Part shown: positions 41,830 through 55,576 of the stretch, piece by piece
How the letters are laid out: every line of letters begins with the position of its first letter
Position numbering within the stretch: the first letter of the stretch is position 1
NCBI GenBank assembly: GCA_951406725.2
Contig: OX597836.1
Span: 20,274,001-20,338,000 of the forward strand
Direction: 5' to 3'
Length of the DNA: 64,000 bases
DNA from: Octopus vulgaris
Lineage: Eukaryota
Notes under the pieces: model-generated
Told to the model about the DNA's origin: nothing
Seen by the model: the letters and a program-made list of their open reading frames with translations, nothing else
Databases searched by the model: none
Program-made: the position numbers and the translations under genes

Positions 41830-43764
41830 CTTTCTGTCTGTGTTTGTCACTACCACCACTTGACAACCGGTATTGGTGTACTTAAGTCCCCATAAAATAA
41901 GTTTTGTGCTTTGAAAAAAGAGCTGGGGTCAATTCATTCAACAAAATGTTTTTCAAGGCAGTGTTCCAGTATGGCCACAGTCTAATGGCTGAAACAAGTA
42001 AAAGATAAAAGATACCATATTACACATTTCCCATAATCCTTTGAAGATATGTTTTTTTTTTTGTTTATACTTTTCTATATATTTTTTCTCCTTTATATTT
42101 TCAGCTGCAAGGATATGCAGCAACACCGAGTTCCAGTGTACCAGCAGCCAATGTATTGAGCTGCACGATCGGTGTAACGGCGAGTTTGACTGCCTTGACG
42201 GCTCTGATGAAATGGGTTGCTTGCCGAATGACTGTAACCCAATGTTACAGTACAGATGCCACAACGATTTCTGTATCGACAGGGTGTTGTTCTGTGATGG
42301 GCATGACGACTGTGGAGATAATTCTGATGAATATGAAGACTGCGGTGAGTAAAAACAACCAAATTTATTTTATCTTCCTTTGTTTGTTTGATGTTTTTGT
42401 AGCCATATTTTTGTAGCTTCGCATACACTGCTTTTGTTTCAAATCATCACCATATATATATATTTATTTCTTTACTACCCACAAGGGGCTAAACATACAG
42501 GGGACAAACAAGGACAGACAAGGGGATTAAGTTGATAACATCGACCCAGTGCGAAACTGGTACTTTAGTTATCGACCCCGAGAGGATGAAGGGCAAAGTC
42601 GACCTCGGCGGAATTTGAACTCAGAACGTAACGACAGACGAAATACCACTAAGCATTTCGCCCGGCGTGCTAATGACTCTGCCAGCTCGCCACCATATAT
42701 ATATATTGACTAGCACTATGACCCTGCAACGCCGGGTCATAGTGCTAGTGCATGCATATACAGTTGCGTGCATGTGCACATACATGTGAGTACTGTCCAA
42801 ATCCTCGACCAATCACATACAGTTAGCTGGCATTCAATTGGTGTATCAAGTTTCGGGCATTTTGATTGGGTTTTGGATAGAAAATTCACAAAAAAGTCAC
42901 TTCTATTGATTTTGTAATGGCTTTGCGGGGTGACTGGGGAAATGTAAAGATGTGCATGACCACCCTTGGACGGTTTTGAATTACCATAGAAAGTGCGAAC
43001 CCTCTAACTGAAAAATTGTGGATTTGTATAAAGGACACACACACAGACATTTTGCCGTTTATATATAGAGAGATATGTGTGTGTATTAAACGATGTAGTG
43101 GAAACATATATAGGTCAATAATAAGTTGTATTTAAATCAAAATGTAAATTTAAATTCCTGAAATGCTATTTCATCATGTTCTATATTATTTATATATTAT
43201 ATATAGATATATGTATCTATACATATATATAAGTGGAGGCGCAATGGCCCAGTGGTTAGGGCAGCGGACTGGCGGTTGTAGGATCGCGGTTTCGATTCCC
43301 AGACCGGGCGTTGTGAGTGTTTATTGAGCGAAAACACCTAAAGCTCCACGAGGCTCTGGCAGGGGTTGTGGTGATCCCTGCTGTACTCTTTCGCCACAGC
43401 TTTCTCTCACTCTTTCTTCTGTTGGCCTGCTCACTTAGCCAGCGGGGTGGCGTCATTTGAAGGCTAAAACAATGCGAAGCGCATTGTGACCAGTGATGTG
43501 TAGCCTGGTCGGTGACGATGACATATATATATTGCATAGGCGGTGAGCTGGCAGAAACGTTAGCATGCCGGGCGAAATGCGTGGCCGTATTTCGTCTGCC
43601 GTTACATTCTGAGTTCAAATTCCGCCGAGGTCGACTTTGCCTTTCATCCTTTCGGGGTCGATAAATTAAGTACTAGTTGCGCACTGGGGTCGATGTAATC
43701 GACTTAATCCGTTTGTCTGTCCTTGTTTGTCCTCTCTGTGTTTAGCCCCTTGTGGGTAGTAAAG

Positions 43765-43823
<59 letters not shown>

Positions 43824-44255
43824 CATCTCTGGTGATACAGTGTGAAGATCAAAGTGATGTCAGTTTTAAAGTGATATGCCATCATTTTAGCCCAGCAGCC
43901 CTTCAGTGATATATAAAAGTTTTAAATAATACTTCTTTATATTTAATTTCTTTTGGCTTTTTTTATATTTCCAGCTTCCAGTGTCTGCACAGTGACAGAG
44001 TTTCAATGTTCAAACAATCAGTGTATTGATCTCCAGGATCGGTGTAATGGTGATTTTGACTGCCTTGATGGCACCGATGAAATGTCCTGCCATGCTGACA
44101 ACGTGTGTGACCCTGTGTTGCACTTCACCTGCAACAACAACGTCTGCATTGATCGTGTCTTGTTCTGCGATGGGCGGAATGACTGCGGAGATAATTCTGA
44201 TGAACATGAAAATTGTGGTTAGTGAAATAAATTTTAACGAGACCTTTGTATATAA

Positions 44256-44289
<34 letters not shown>

Positions 44290-44498
44290 CTATTTGTGGA
44301 TGTGTGTGTCTGAGTTTAAAAATTTATATATAAATTCTTGATACAGTCAAATGGTTTGGAAAACTTTTATGAATTAAAAATTATTTTAAAGCAAAATTTG
44401 ATAAACACCTGAACATAGTATTTTTGCAAATATTTATTTGTGTGGGTGTATATGTATGTACTTATGTGTGTATGTATATATGTATGTACGTATGTATG

Positions 44499-44555
<57 letters not shown>

Positions 44556-47500
44556 ATATGTCTATATATGTGTGTGTGTGTATATGTCTATATATGTGTG
44601 TGTGTGTATATGTCTATATGTGTGTGTGTGTGTATGTCTATATGTGTGTGTGTGTATATGTCTATATATGTGTGTGTGTGTATATGTCTATATATGTGTG
44701 TGTGTGTATATGTCTATATATGTGTGTGTGTGTATATGTCTATATGTGTGTGTGTGTGTATATGTCTATATATGTGTGTGTGTGTATATGTCTATATATG
44801 TGTGTGTGTGTATATGTCTATATGTGTGTGTGTGTATATGTCTATATATGTGTGTGTGTGTATATGTCTATATATGTGTGTGTGTGTATATGTCTATATG
44901 TGTGTGTGTGTATATGTCTATATATGTGTGTGTGTGTGTATGTCTATATGTGTGTGTGTGTATGTATATATGTGTGTGTGTATGAATGTCTATATGTGTG
45001 TGTGTGTATATGTCTATATATGTGTGTGTGTGTATATGTCTATATATGTGTGTGTGTGTGTATGTCTATATATGTGTGTGTGTGTATGTCTATATGTGTG
45101 TGTGTGTGTGTGTATGTATATATGTGTGTGTGTATGTATGTCTATGTGTGTGTGTGTATATGTCTATATATGTGTGTGTGTGTATATGTCTATATATGTG
45201 TGTGTGTGTGTATGTCTATATATGTGTGTGTGTGTATGTCTATATGTGTGTGTGTGTGTATATGTCTATATATGTGTGTGTGTGTGTATGTCTATGTGTG
45301 TGTGTGTGTATGTATATATGTGTGTGTGTATGTATGTCTATATGTGTGTGTGTGTATGTCTATATGTGTGTGTGTATGTCTATATGTATGTATATGTGTG
45401 TATGTATACACACATATATACATATATGCGTTACATCTTGGGCAAGTGTCTTCTACTATAGCCTCACACCAACCAAAGCCTTCTGAGTGGATTTGGTAGA
45501 TGGAATCAGAGAGAAGCTTGTTGTGTGTATAATGCATGATGTGTGTGTTTGTGTCTTTTGTGTTCGTATTTGTTCCCCCACCATCGCTTGACATCTGATG
45601 TTGGTGTATCTACATCCCCATAAAAACTGTAGCTCACTATTTAAACAAGCTTTCCATTTGTTTTCTTATATAAACAAATCTGTCGTCACTGGTTGAATAA
45701 GCTGTCCGGCAAAACATATAGGTGCCACTCAGAATGAATTTTATCAGCTCTGTCTGGCCCCGTGTCGGTGGCACGTAAAAGCACCATCCGTTCGTGGGCT
45801 CGTTGCCAGCCTCGGCTGGCCCCCGTGCCGGTGACACGTAAAAGCACCGTCCGTTTGTGGCCGTTTGCCAGCTCTGTCTGGCCCCGTGTCGGTGGCACGT
45901 AAAAGCACCATCCGTTCGTGTCCGTTGCCAGCATCGCCTGGCCCCGTGCCAGTGACACGTAAAAGCACCATCCGTTCGTGGGCTCGTTGCCAGCCTCGGC
46001 TGGCCCCCGTGCCGGTGACACGTAAAAGCACCGTCCGTTTGTGGCCGTTTGCCAGCTCTGTCTGGCCCTGTGTCGGTGGCATGTAAAAGCACCATCCGTT
46101 CGTGTCCGTTGCCAGCATCGCCTGGCCCCGTGCCGGTGACACGTAAAAGCACCATCCGTTCGTGGCCGTTCGCCAGCTCTGTCTGGCACCTGTGCAGGTG
46201 GCACGTAAAAAACACCCACTACACTCGCGGAGTGGTTGGCGTTAGGAAGGGCATCCAGCCGTAGAAACACTGCCAGATCTGACTGGGCCTGATGAAGCCT
46301 TCCAGCTTCACAGACCCCAGTTGACCCGTCCAACCCATGCTAGCATGGAAAGCGGACACTAAATGATGATGATGATGATGATGATGATTGACTCTGTTTC
46401 AAGTATTGAATCTTTCTATGAGTAAATGTTTCATAAGTAATCGTAAACTTACTTCAAAATAATAACCTTCATTTAATATCGATTTGTTTTTTGAAGGTGT
46501 GAATCCGTGTGACCTACACAACCCATGTGAGCATACCTGCATTCCAGTCTATTATGAGTACAGGTGTTCTTGTCGTGAAGGCTACAAATTGTATAACAAG
46601 ACTTACTGTCAAGGTAATTCTGTAAATTCTTTGAATTGCTTCATTCTGTACTGTTGTTGTTTCATAATATTAATGTTGCATGTGTTGTGTATGATATTGT
46701 CATGTGACCTAATCTGATGGTCACATGATGAGGACTATTTAATGGGAGTGACCTTTGTGTTTCATGTAGTTTCTTCTTTTATAAAAAATATCTTGGGTGC
46801 AACTGCAGTTTTACTTCATTATTTAGGTGGTTAACCCTTTTGTTACCAACCCGGCTGAAACCGGCTCTAGCTCTTTAGTATAAATGTCTTGTTTCCATAA
46901 GTTTTGAATTCAAATCTTCCACCAAATCTTAGTCACAATTTATGTTCCTATCACTAGCTTAATGATAACCATGTTATTTTACTAAATTCTTCGTTATATT
47001 TAAAATAATTGGAAGAAACACAGAGCATCTCAAAATAAATACAGTAACGAAAGGGTTAAGGCTAGTGAAAGTAAGGAGTTGCTTACTCCAATAGACATTT
47101 TGTCAGGGTTTATGTATTAAACTTCTGGTTAGGAGTTTGCTTGCTTCCTCGTCACATGGTTCCAGGTTCAGTCCAGCTTGGGCCCCAGGCTGACCAAAGC
47201 CTTATGAATGGATTTGGTAGAAGGAAGTAGAAGGAGCCTGTCATGTATGTCTCCTTGTTTCGACATCATGTGATTGTTATCAATGAATATCATTCATTTT
47301 CATCTGATCATAGAAAATATACCTCAATAAACTTCATTCAACCCATGCCAGCATGGCAACATAGATGTTAAAATGATGTTGATTATAGAAAACAGATAAG
47401 GTAATAGGAAAGAGACTGCAAATTCACAAATTTCTCTTTATATACTTGTAAAGGATTCCAAATCCTGAATTGTTTCTATAAAACAAGTACCACTCATGTA

Positions 47501-49259
47501 CTGGAATCACTGGCATTGACTAATCCTTATCTCTCAAAACTTGTGGCGTTTTAGCTTCATCAGATTATTGTCAATTTGATTCAGGCTCATTCTTGGGTAG
47601 TGAGTTACTACTTGTAACCTTAGTGGCTATTAACTTTTTGTGTTCAAATTCCATTGAGGTCAGCTTTACCTCCAGGGTCAATAAAATATAGTACCAGTCA
47701 GTCAAATACTGAAATCGATGGTATCAGCTAATTCCTTCCCTTGAAAGTTGCTGGCCCCTAGGCCTCCATCAGAAACCATTACTAATTAGGTGGCAAGCTG
47801 GCAGAATTAACAGCACATTGGGCTAAATGCTTAAGTTCTGAGTTCAAATTCCACTGAGGTCAACTTTACCATTCATTCTTACAGGTTTGATAAAATAAAT
47901 ACCAGTTGAGTACTGGGGTCAATGTAATAGACTCACCCCATTCCCCGAACTTGATGGCCTTGTGCCAAAATTTGAAACCATTACTACCACTAGTACTGCT
48001 GCTGCTGCTACTACTACTACTACTGCTGCTACTACTACTGCTGCTACTACTACTCTGCTTAGATAGCAAGCTGGCAGAATCATTAGCATACTAGGCAAGA
48101 TGCTTAGCAGCAATTTGTCTTTACATTTTGAGTTCAAATTCCACTGAGGCCAAGTTTGCCTTCTGTTCTTTTGGGGTCAGTAAAATAAGCATCAGTCAAG
48201 TACTTGGGTTGATGTAATCGGCTTAATCCCCTCCCCCAAAATTGCTGACCTTGTGCCAAATTTTGAAAGCATTACTATTATTATTATTACTACTTAGGTG
48301 GCAAGCTGGCGGAATCATTAGCATGTTAGACGAAATGCTTAGTGGCATTGCATCTGTCTTTATACATTGTGAGTTCAAATTTTTCCAAGGTCAGCTCTGC
48401 CTTTCATTCCTTTCAGGGTCAATAATATAAAGTACCAGTTGAGCACTAGGGTCAATGTAATCAACTAGCCTCTTCCATTCAAATTTCAGATCTTGTGCCT
48501 ATAATAGAATGGACTATGATTATTATTAAAGTGGCAAGATGGCAGAATTGTTAGCACAGAGGACAAAACGTTTAGCAGCATTTCTTTCAGTTTTACATTC
48601 ATCATCATCGTTTAACGTCCGCTTTCCATGCTAGCATGGGTTGGACGGTTCAACTGGGGTCTGGAAAGCCCGATGGCTGCACCAGGCCAGTCAGATCTGG
48701 CAGTGTTTCTACAGCTGGATGCCCTTCCTAACGCCAACCACTCCGTGCGTTCAAAATTCTGCTGATGTTAACTTCACCTTTTATCCTTTCACGGTAGATA
48801 AAATAATTACCAGTTGAGCTCTAGAGTTGATTATATTGACATACCTCTTCCCCCAAAATAGGAAGGGTTATTGTTGTTGTTGTCGTCAAATTGTGATATA
48901 ATTGACTGATTTATTTTATTCCCTATTCTATTTGTTGTTATTGTTGGAATTTCAGATATTAATGAATGCGTGACCAGTTTCCCTTGTTCTCACATGTGTA
49001 ATAACACAATCGGAGGTTACACCTGCTCCTGTGCTGAAGGTTACCTTCTGGAAAAAGACAGAAGATTCTGCAAAGTGGCTGAACGTAAGTTTAATCCAGC
49101 TTTTTTTTTTTGTTTAGCTATAGCCCTGGGTTGACCAAACCCTTGTGAATGGATATGGTAGATGGAAACTGAAAGAAGCCTAGTGAGAATGATTAGTAGG
49201 GGCTGCAAAGAGGCAAATAATGGTGATTTGGAGGCTAGATTTCCACACACACACACACA

Positions 49260-49291
<32 letters not shown>

Positions 49292-50198
49292 TGTATGATG
49301 TGAGTAGAAGTGAGTGGGGACAGGAATTAGAAGTGTGGGTAGGGGTTGCAAGAGAATAAGAGATGTGTAGAGAGGGGGTACAGGTAGGCAGTAAGTTGAA
49401 AAAATTGGTTAAGGTTTCTGAAGGGTGGATGTAGAGAATAATGGACAAGGGGTGGGAGGTGATCCATGTCATGTGAGTTGGAGAAGGCAGAGGGATGCAA
49501 AAGAGAGCTTGGAGGGAGAGCAACAGGGTAGTAATGATGATACAGTTGATGGGTGGAGGGGAGAGAAAGGTGATACATTTTATGTGTTTCAGCCATTAGA
49601 CTGCGACCATGCTGGAGCACCACCTTTGAGAACTTTTTGTCAAACTTTGTTTTGCTTTGTAAAGCCTGGTACTTATTTTATCAATCCTTTTTTCCTAAAC
49701 CACTAAGTTATGGGGACATAAACATGCCAACACCAGTTATCAAGCAGTGGGGTGGGACAAAAACACACACATGTATATGACAGGCTTCTTTTAGTTTCCA
49801 TCTACCAAATCCACTCGAGGCTTTGGTTGGCCCAAGTCTATAATAGAAGACACTTGCCCAAGGTGGTATGCGGTGGGATTGAACCTGAAACCACACAACC
49901 ATGCCTGAATGCAAACATTTGATTACTATAAACAAATCATCTGTGTGGTTGTTCAGCAAGAAATTTCAGAAGCCACATATCTCTTTTTTTTCTCTTTTAC
50001 TTGTTTCAGTCATTTTGACTGCGGCCATGCTGGAGCACCGCCTTTAGTCGAGCAAATCGACCCCGGGACTTATTCTTTGTAAGCCCAGTACTTATTCTAT
50101 CGGTCTCTTTTGCCGAACCGCTAAGTGACGGGGACGTAAACACACCAGCATCGGTTGTCAAGCAATGCTAGGGGGACAAACACAGACACACACACACA

Positions 50199-50245
<47 letters not shown>

Positions 50246-50258
50246 TCATCATCATCAT

Positions 50259-50298
<40 letters not shown>

Positions 50299-53200
50299 CA
50301 GGCTTCTTTCAGTTTCCGTCTACCAAATCCACTCACAAGGCTTTGGTCGGCCCGGGGCTAGAGCAGAAGACACTTGCCCAAGATGCCACGCAGTGGGACT
50401 GAACCCGGAACCATGTGGTTGGTTAGCAAGCTACTTACCACACAGCCACTCCTGCACCTATGTTGTCTCATGGCAGAAGAGTTCATTATGTATGTATGTA
50501 TGCATGCATGTAATATCTTTTTGTTGTTCTTTCAGCCCCTGAACCAAAACTCTTGGTTGCCAGTCAACATTACATCATTAAAACTGATTTCTCTGGAAGA
50601 AATATTGAAATGGTTGTCAACGATTTAAACCACGTGATTGCCCTTGACTATGATTGGGTTGACCAATACATATACTGGTCCCATATTTCTGCCACCAACA
50701 GCAAAATATTCAGGACTCAAATGAATTCCTCACATGTTCAGGTATGATCTACTAAAGCTTGTTCTGTATATCTCCAAATTGAAGGATTCAATTCTTCATA
50801 CACTTCTCTTTCTCTCTCCCATTTTATCTCCCTGTCCTTTCCTTTTGTATCTCCTTTACCCTGTTTCTCTCCCTCATATATATCTCTCTTTTTTCCCCTC
50901 CATCTGTACCCTCCCCCTCTCTCTGCCATTCTATCTTCCTGCACCTTCCTCTGAATCCCCTTCTTTCTCCCACTCTATCTCCCTACTCTTCCCTCTATAT
51001 CCCCTTTTGCCTCCTTCATCTCCCCCTTTCTCTCTACTATGCCTATAGGCATCAGCAATCAGATCTCCATTCCCAAGTCTAAAGATTCATAGTTTTTCCT
51101 GTGAAAGATACAACAGGGGGGTTCCAGCCTGTTGCCTTCTGCCACTTCATTTACAGTTTCCTAGTTTCCTGCCCTTCGAACCTTACACTTCAGTCTCAGA
51201 ACCTATTTAACCCCTTAGGCACACAAACTGATTCATATAGCATCATGGTCTGTCCACACACAATAGTGAACTTGTGGGACATATGCCTAGGGATCAGCCT
51301 TCCTCTGAGTCCTGTATAGTTTAGCTGCAGGACCATCTTCTGCTATTGACCTATAAACTAAGGACCTGGTAATAGTAGTAACTCACAGGTAACTCTTCAT
51401 AAAACTCCTGAACTCTCAAGTGGAACCTCACCATCAGATGCAGCTTATCTTTGACTGGGACATTTGTACATTTACCTGGATATGCCTTCAGTGTGGTATC
51501 CTGGGGTCACTGAGTGTCCAGGTGACCCAGTCAAACTTGACTTGTTCTTGCCCATGTGGCAAGACCCATTTTAGTCTAATTATTTTCTGCTTTATTTCAT
51601 TTTTGGATTTGGTTTGCAAGATTCTTTATATGAGTTCATGTGTTGAAGCATATTCTATTGTGTCTGGGGAGAGTCATTTTCTTTTTGTGCCTTATTATGT
51701 AACAATAAGAAAAACGTGGAAATTTTACTGGTGAGTGTATTACATAATAAGGCACAAAAAGAAAATGACTCTCCCCAGACACAATAGAATATTTTCAGTT
51801 TGTGTGTCATCTGCATGTTTACCTAGAAGCACAAATTTTAAACCCTTTTTTTGGCACCTGACATTGCATACTAAAAAAAAGTCAATGATAATGATGTTAA
51901 TATATACTTGCAGTATTGTATTAATTTTTTGTCACACATTTGAAAAGACTCTTGTACTTTGCTTGTCTTCCAAAGGTTCTTCATGAAACTAACATCAAGG
52001 ACCCTGATGGTATTGCAGTGGATTGGATAGGGCGTAATTTGTATTGGTGCGACCGTACGACACACACCATAGAAGTGTCTCAGTTGAATGGTAATCACCG
52101 GAAAGTACTTCTTCATAAAGGCCTGCACCATCCTCGTGCCATTGAAGTCTATCCTGCCAAGGGTTTGCTGTTCTATACCGACTGGGGCAGTTCCCCTCAC
52201 ATTGGACGAGTCAAGATGGATGGAACAAACCGAATAAAAATTATCGACCAAAATTTGATATGGCCAAATGCTCTGACCATCGACTATGTTACCAATAAGA
52301 TTTTCTGGGCCGATGGGCGACTCAAATACATTGCTTTTGCAAATTTGGATGGTACCAACATAAATAAAATAATCAAAGAGTACCTATCGCATGTTTTTGC
52401 CATAACTACTATCGAAGGCTTTATATTTTGGTCTGATTGGGGTACAGAAAATATTCATCGTGCCATGAAATTCTCTGGAGAAAACATCACCAACTTCTCT
52501 CATTTGCCTTCTCGACCCATGGACATTCAGGTGTTTCATCCTTTCCGACAACCTCAGCGTAAGTTCATAGATTCCTTCTCATTATTTCATCTTTATATAT
52601 AAAAGTCAAGCTGTGTGTCTGTCTCCTACGATTTAGATTCCTATCTACTCCCACATTTTGCAGTGCAGTGTAACCAAAACCGGGTATCTTATAGTCGTGA
52701 TTCATATCGAGCCCTTCTGGGTATTACGATTTTAAAAATAATTTACCATCATTTTTTTCCATTTTGATGCATTTTTTCGCTATTATATAAGGGAAGTAAC
52801 TCTCTAAAAATGTCTACGATGAGTCAACGATTTTAAAAAAAAATTTACCATAATTTTTTTTTCCATTTTTAATGCATTTCTTTGCTATTTTTTGGCTATA
52901 ACTCTCTAAAAATGCTTATATAGTTATTTCCCTTACAAACCCGAGCAACGCCGGGCGATACTGCTAGTTTTATATAAAACAATGTGAATTAAATAAGCAT
53001 TACACTTGGCAAAAAATACTCTGAATGCTGAAAGGTTTTTAACATCAAGATTTTTTTTTGTTTCAGTGGAAGAACCCAGCAAAAACCCTTGTTACAACAG
53101 CAGCTGTTCTCAGCTTTGCCTGCTTACTCCTGATCCACCACATGGCATTGGACACACGTGTGCTTGTAGTGACGGATATTTGCTGGCAGGTGATAAAAAA

Positions 53201-55246
53201 CAGTGCCTTCGAGAATGTGTAAGGTAAGGTTTCAATCTCTGATTCTCATGCTGTTAACCCCTCATCATCTCCTAGTGTAAAATTGCCATCTCAGAATTCA
53301 TAGTCTTGCAAGCTGTATGGTGACCTCACAAATGCTGGTGGCACGAAAAATAAGGCACCCAGTACATGCTGTAAAGGGCATCCAGCTGTTGGAACTACTA
53401 CACCAAAGCAGACATCGGAGCATGATGCAGTCCTTGGACATGTCAAACTGTCCAGCCCATGCCAGCATGGAACATGGGTTTTAAATGATGATGATGACCA
53501 TCACCCCCACTACTGCTCCCTTCTCTGCCATTTCTATAATCATCATTCCCACACTCCACCCCTCCACTCTCTATTTTACTATGGTATTGCTTACTTCACT
53601 ACCACCACCTCTCCTACACTCTGGCAAGAAAAATACCGATGTAATCAGCTTCCCCAATTGTTGTGGTGTTGTTTAGCCCTTGGTCAGACTGATCCAGAAG
53701 GTTTATGTCGAAAGGCATTCCAGCTTCCACCATCCCATCTATTTTTCAGGCTTGGTTATCTAGGGCTACATTATTTATACTCTTTGTGATTTGTGGGAAA
53801 TTTTACTATTAGCAGTGATGGTAGTGGCACCAGTGCAGTATGATGGTCGTGGTGGCATTGTCGTTGTATAGTCCCAGCTCAACCTTGATCCAGCAGACAT
53901 TATCAAAGACACTACAGCCATGATCACTCTGTCTTTTCTTCTTTTAGGAATTAGGTTTTCTCTTTTACCTATTATTGGAGGTACAAGCACTTTCACACAC
54001 CTGTATATGCATAATGAGAACTTTTGCTTGCCAAATTCAATCACAAGGCTTCGGTTGGCCCAAGGCTATAGCAGAAGATACTTGCAAAGGAGCTTGCAAA
54101 GTTTTGATTGCTCAGCTGAAAAGAAACGTTGGGGACACTTAAGAATATAAATTAGAATATAATTGATCGGATGACCAGCCTCGTCTGGCACCTGTGCCAT
54201 CTGCACAGGTGCCAGACGATCTGATCGTGGCCGTTTGCCAGCCTCATCTGGCACCTGTGCAGGTGGCACGTAAAAAGCACCCACTACACTCATGGAGTGG
54301 TTGGCATTAGAAAGGGCATCCAGCCATAGAAACACTGCCAGATCAGACTGGGCCTGGCGCAGCCTTCTGGCTTCCCAGATCCCAGTTGAGCCGTCCAACC
54401 CATGCTAGCATGGAAAAACGGACGTTAAACGATGATAATGATAATTTGTCATAAATTAGAACTTACAATTTATTGTTTTTTATCAATGCTACCATTTCAG
54501 CCATGAAATCAGTTGTAAATCTGAACACCAGTGCATACCGTTCTGGTGGAAATGTGATGGACATGCAGATTGTGAAGATGGATCTGACGAGTTGGATAAC
54601 TGTAGTAAGTGACTCTCTTCTTTCTTCTTTGTCCTCAAATTCATTTTTTAGAGATACAGACAGTGTCATATGCTTGCATTCAACCACAAAATCTTGAGAT
54701 ATTCTGTAAACAAAAAAGGGGCTTGCAACTGTCTGGGCTGTTTTGTTGCTTAATACTCTAGGCTGGAAATTGGTGAAAATCTGCCTCCAATTAATTCCAT
54801 GAAACCATGCAAGCATAAAAAATTGGAAATTAAATTTTCTTTTTCTACCTCTAAGTGGAGTAAGGGCAATGCCCTTGGCCCTTGAATTTTTAGGGTGTTT
54901 TAGGCAGGTGTGAGGAAGAGTGGAAGTTAACCTCAGAACAGAGATTTGACCTGAATTCTCCCACATGAAATCTCTTAACCCTTTAGCATTTAAACTGACT
55001 GTTTCTAGACCAGTTATTCTTCTTGTTTTATGTTCAAATCAGCCAGATTTGACTTCTCAAACCTTACAATGTCATTCTAAAAATAATCAATTACATCATC
55101 AATATCTCAAAGCTACAATATAAGGCATGATTACTTCAGAGAGTAAATAAATAAGCAAAACATTTAAGTAAATAAGCAATCGGGCTCAGATTACTAAATG
55201 GAGAAATACAGGAAGTTCAAGATGGTTACTGGAAAATGGATAAATC

Positions 55247-55279
<33 letters not shown>

Positions 55280-55540
55280 GTATAGGTAAATCTCTATATA
55301 TATATGAGGCATTATGTCATGCTTGAGATGAAGACCCATCAAGCCAAGCATAATCGCAGTCATGGCAGATACCAGTGTCACACAAATTGGCACATAAAAG
55401 CACCCCAGTGTCATGCAAATGGCACATAAAAGCACCCATTACACTCTTGGCATTAGTAAGGGTATCCAGCTATAGAAGAAAAAAAACCATGCACAATCAG
55501 ACTAGAGTCTGATGCAGCCTTCCAGTGTACCAGCCAGGTC

Positions 55541-55576
<36 letters not shown>

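Noticed and set aside
43233-43310. tRNA gene
   Set aside because: SINE head continuing into a repeat body; same for families A and B.
44424-45499. 345- and 353-aa ORFs
   Set aside because: TA/TG satellite translations.
45745-46216. CRISPR-like periodicity
   Set aside because: The spacers are themselves repeated, the array runs into a LINE 3' end, and there are no cas genes in this eukaryotic intron.
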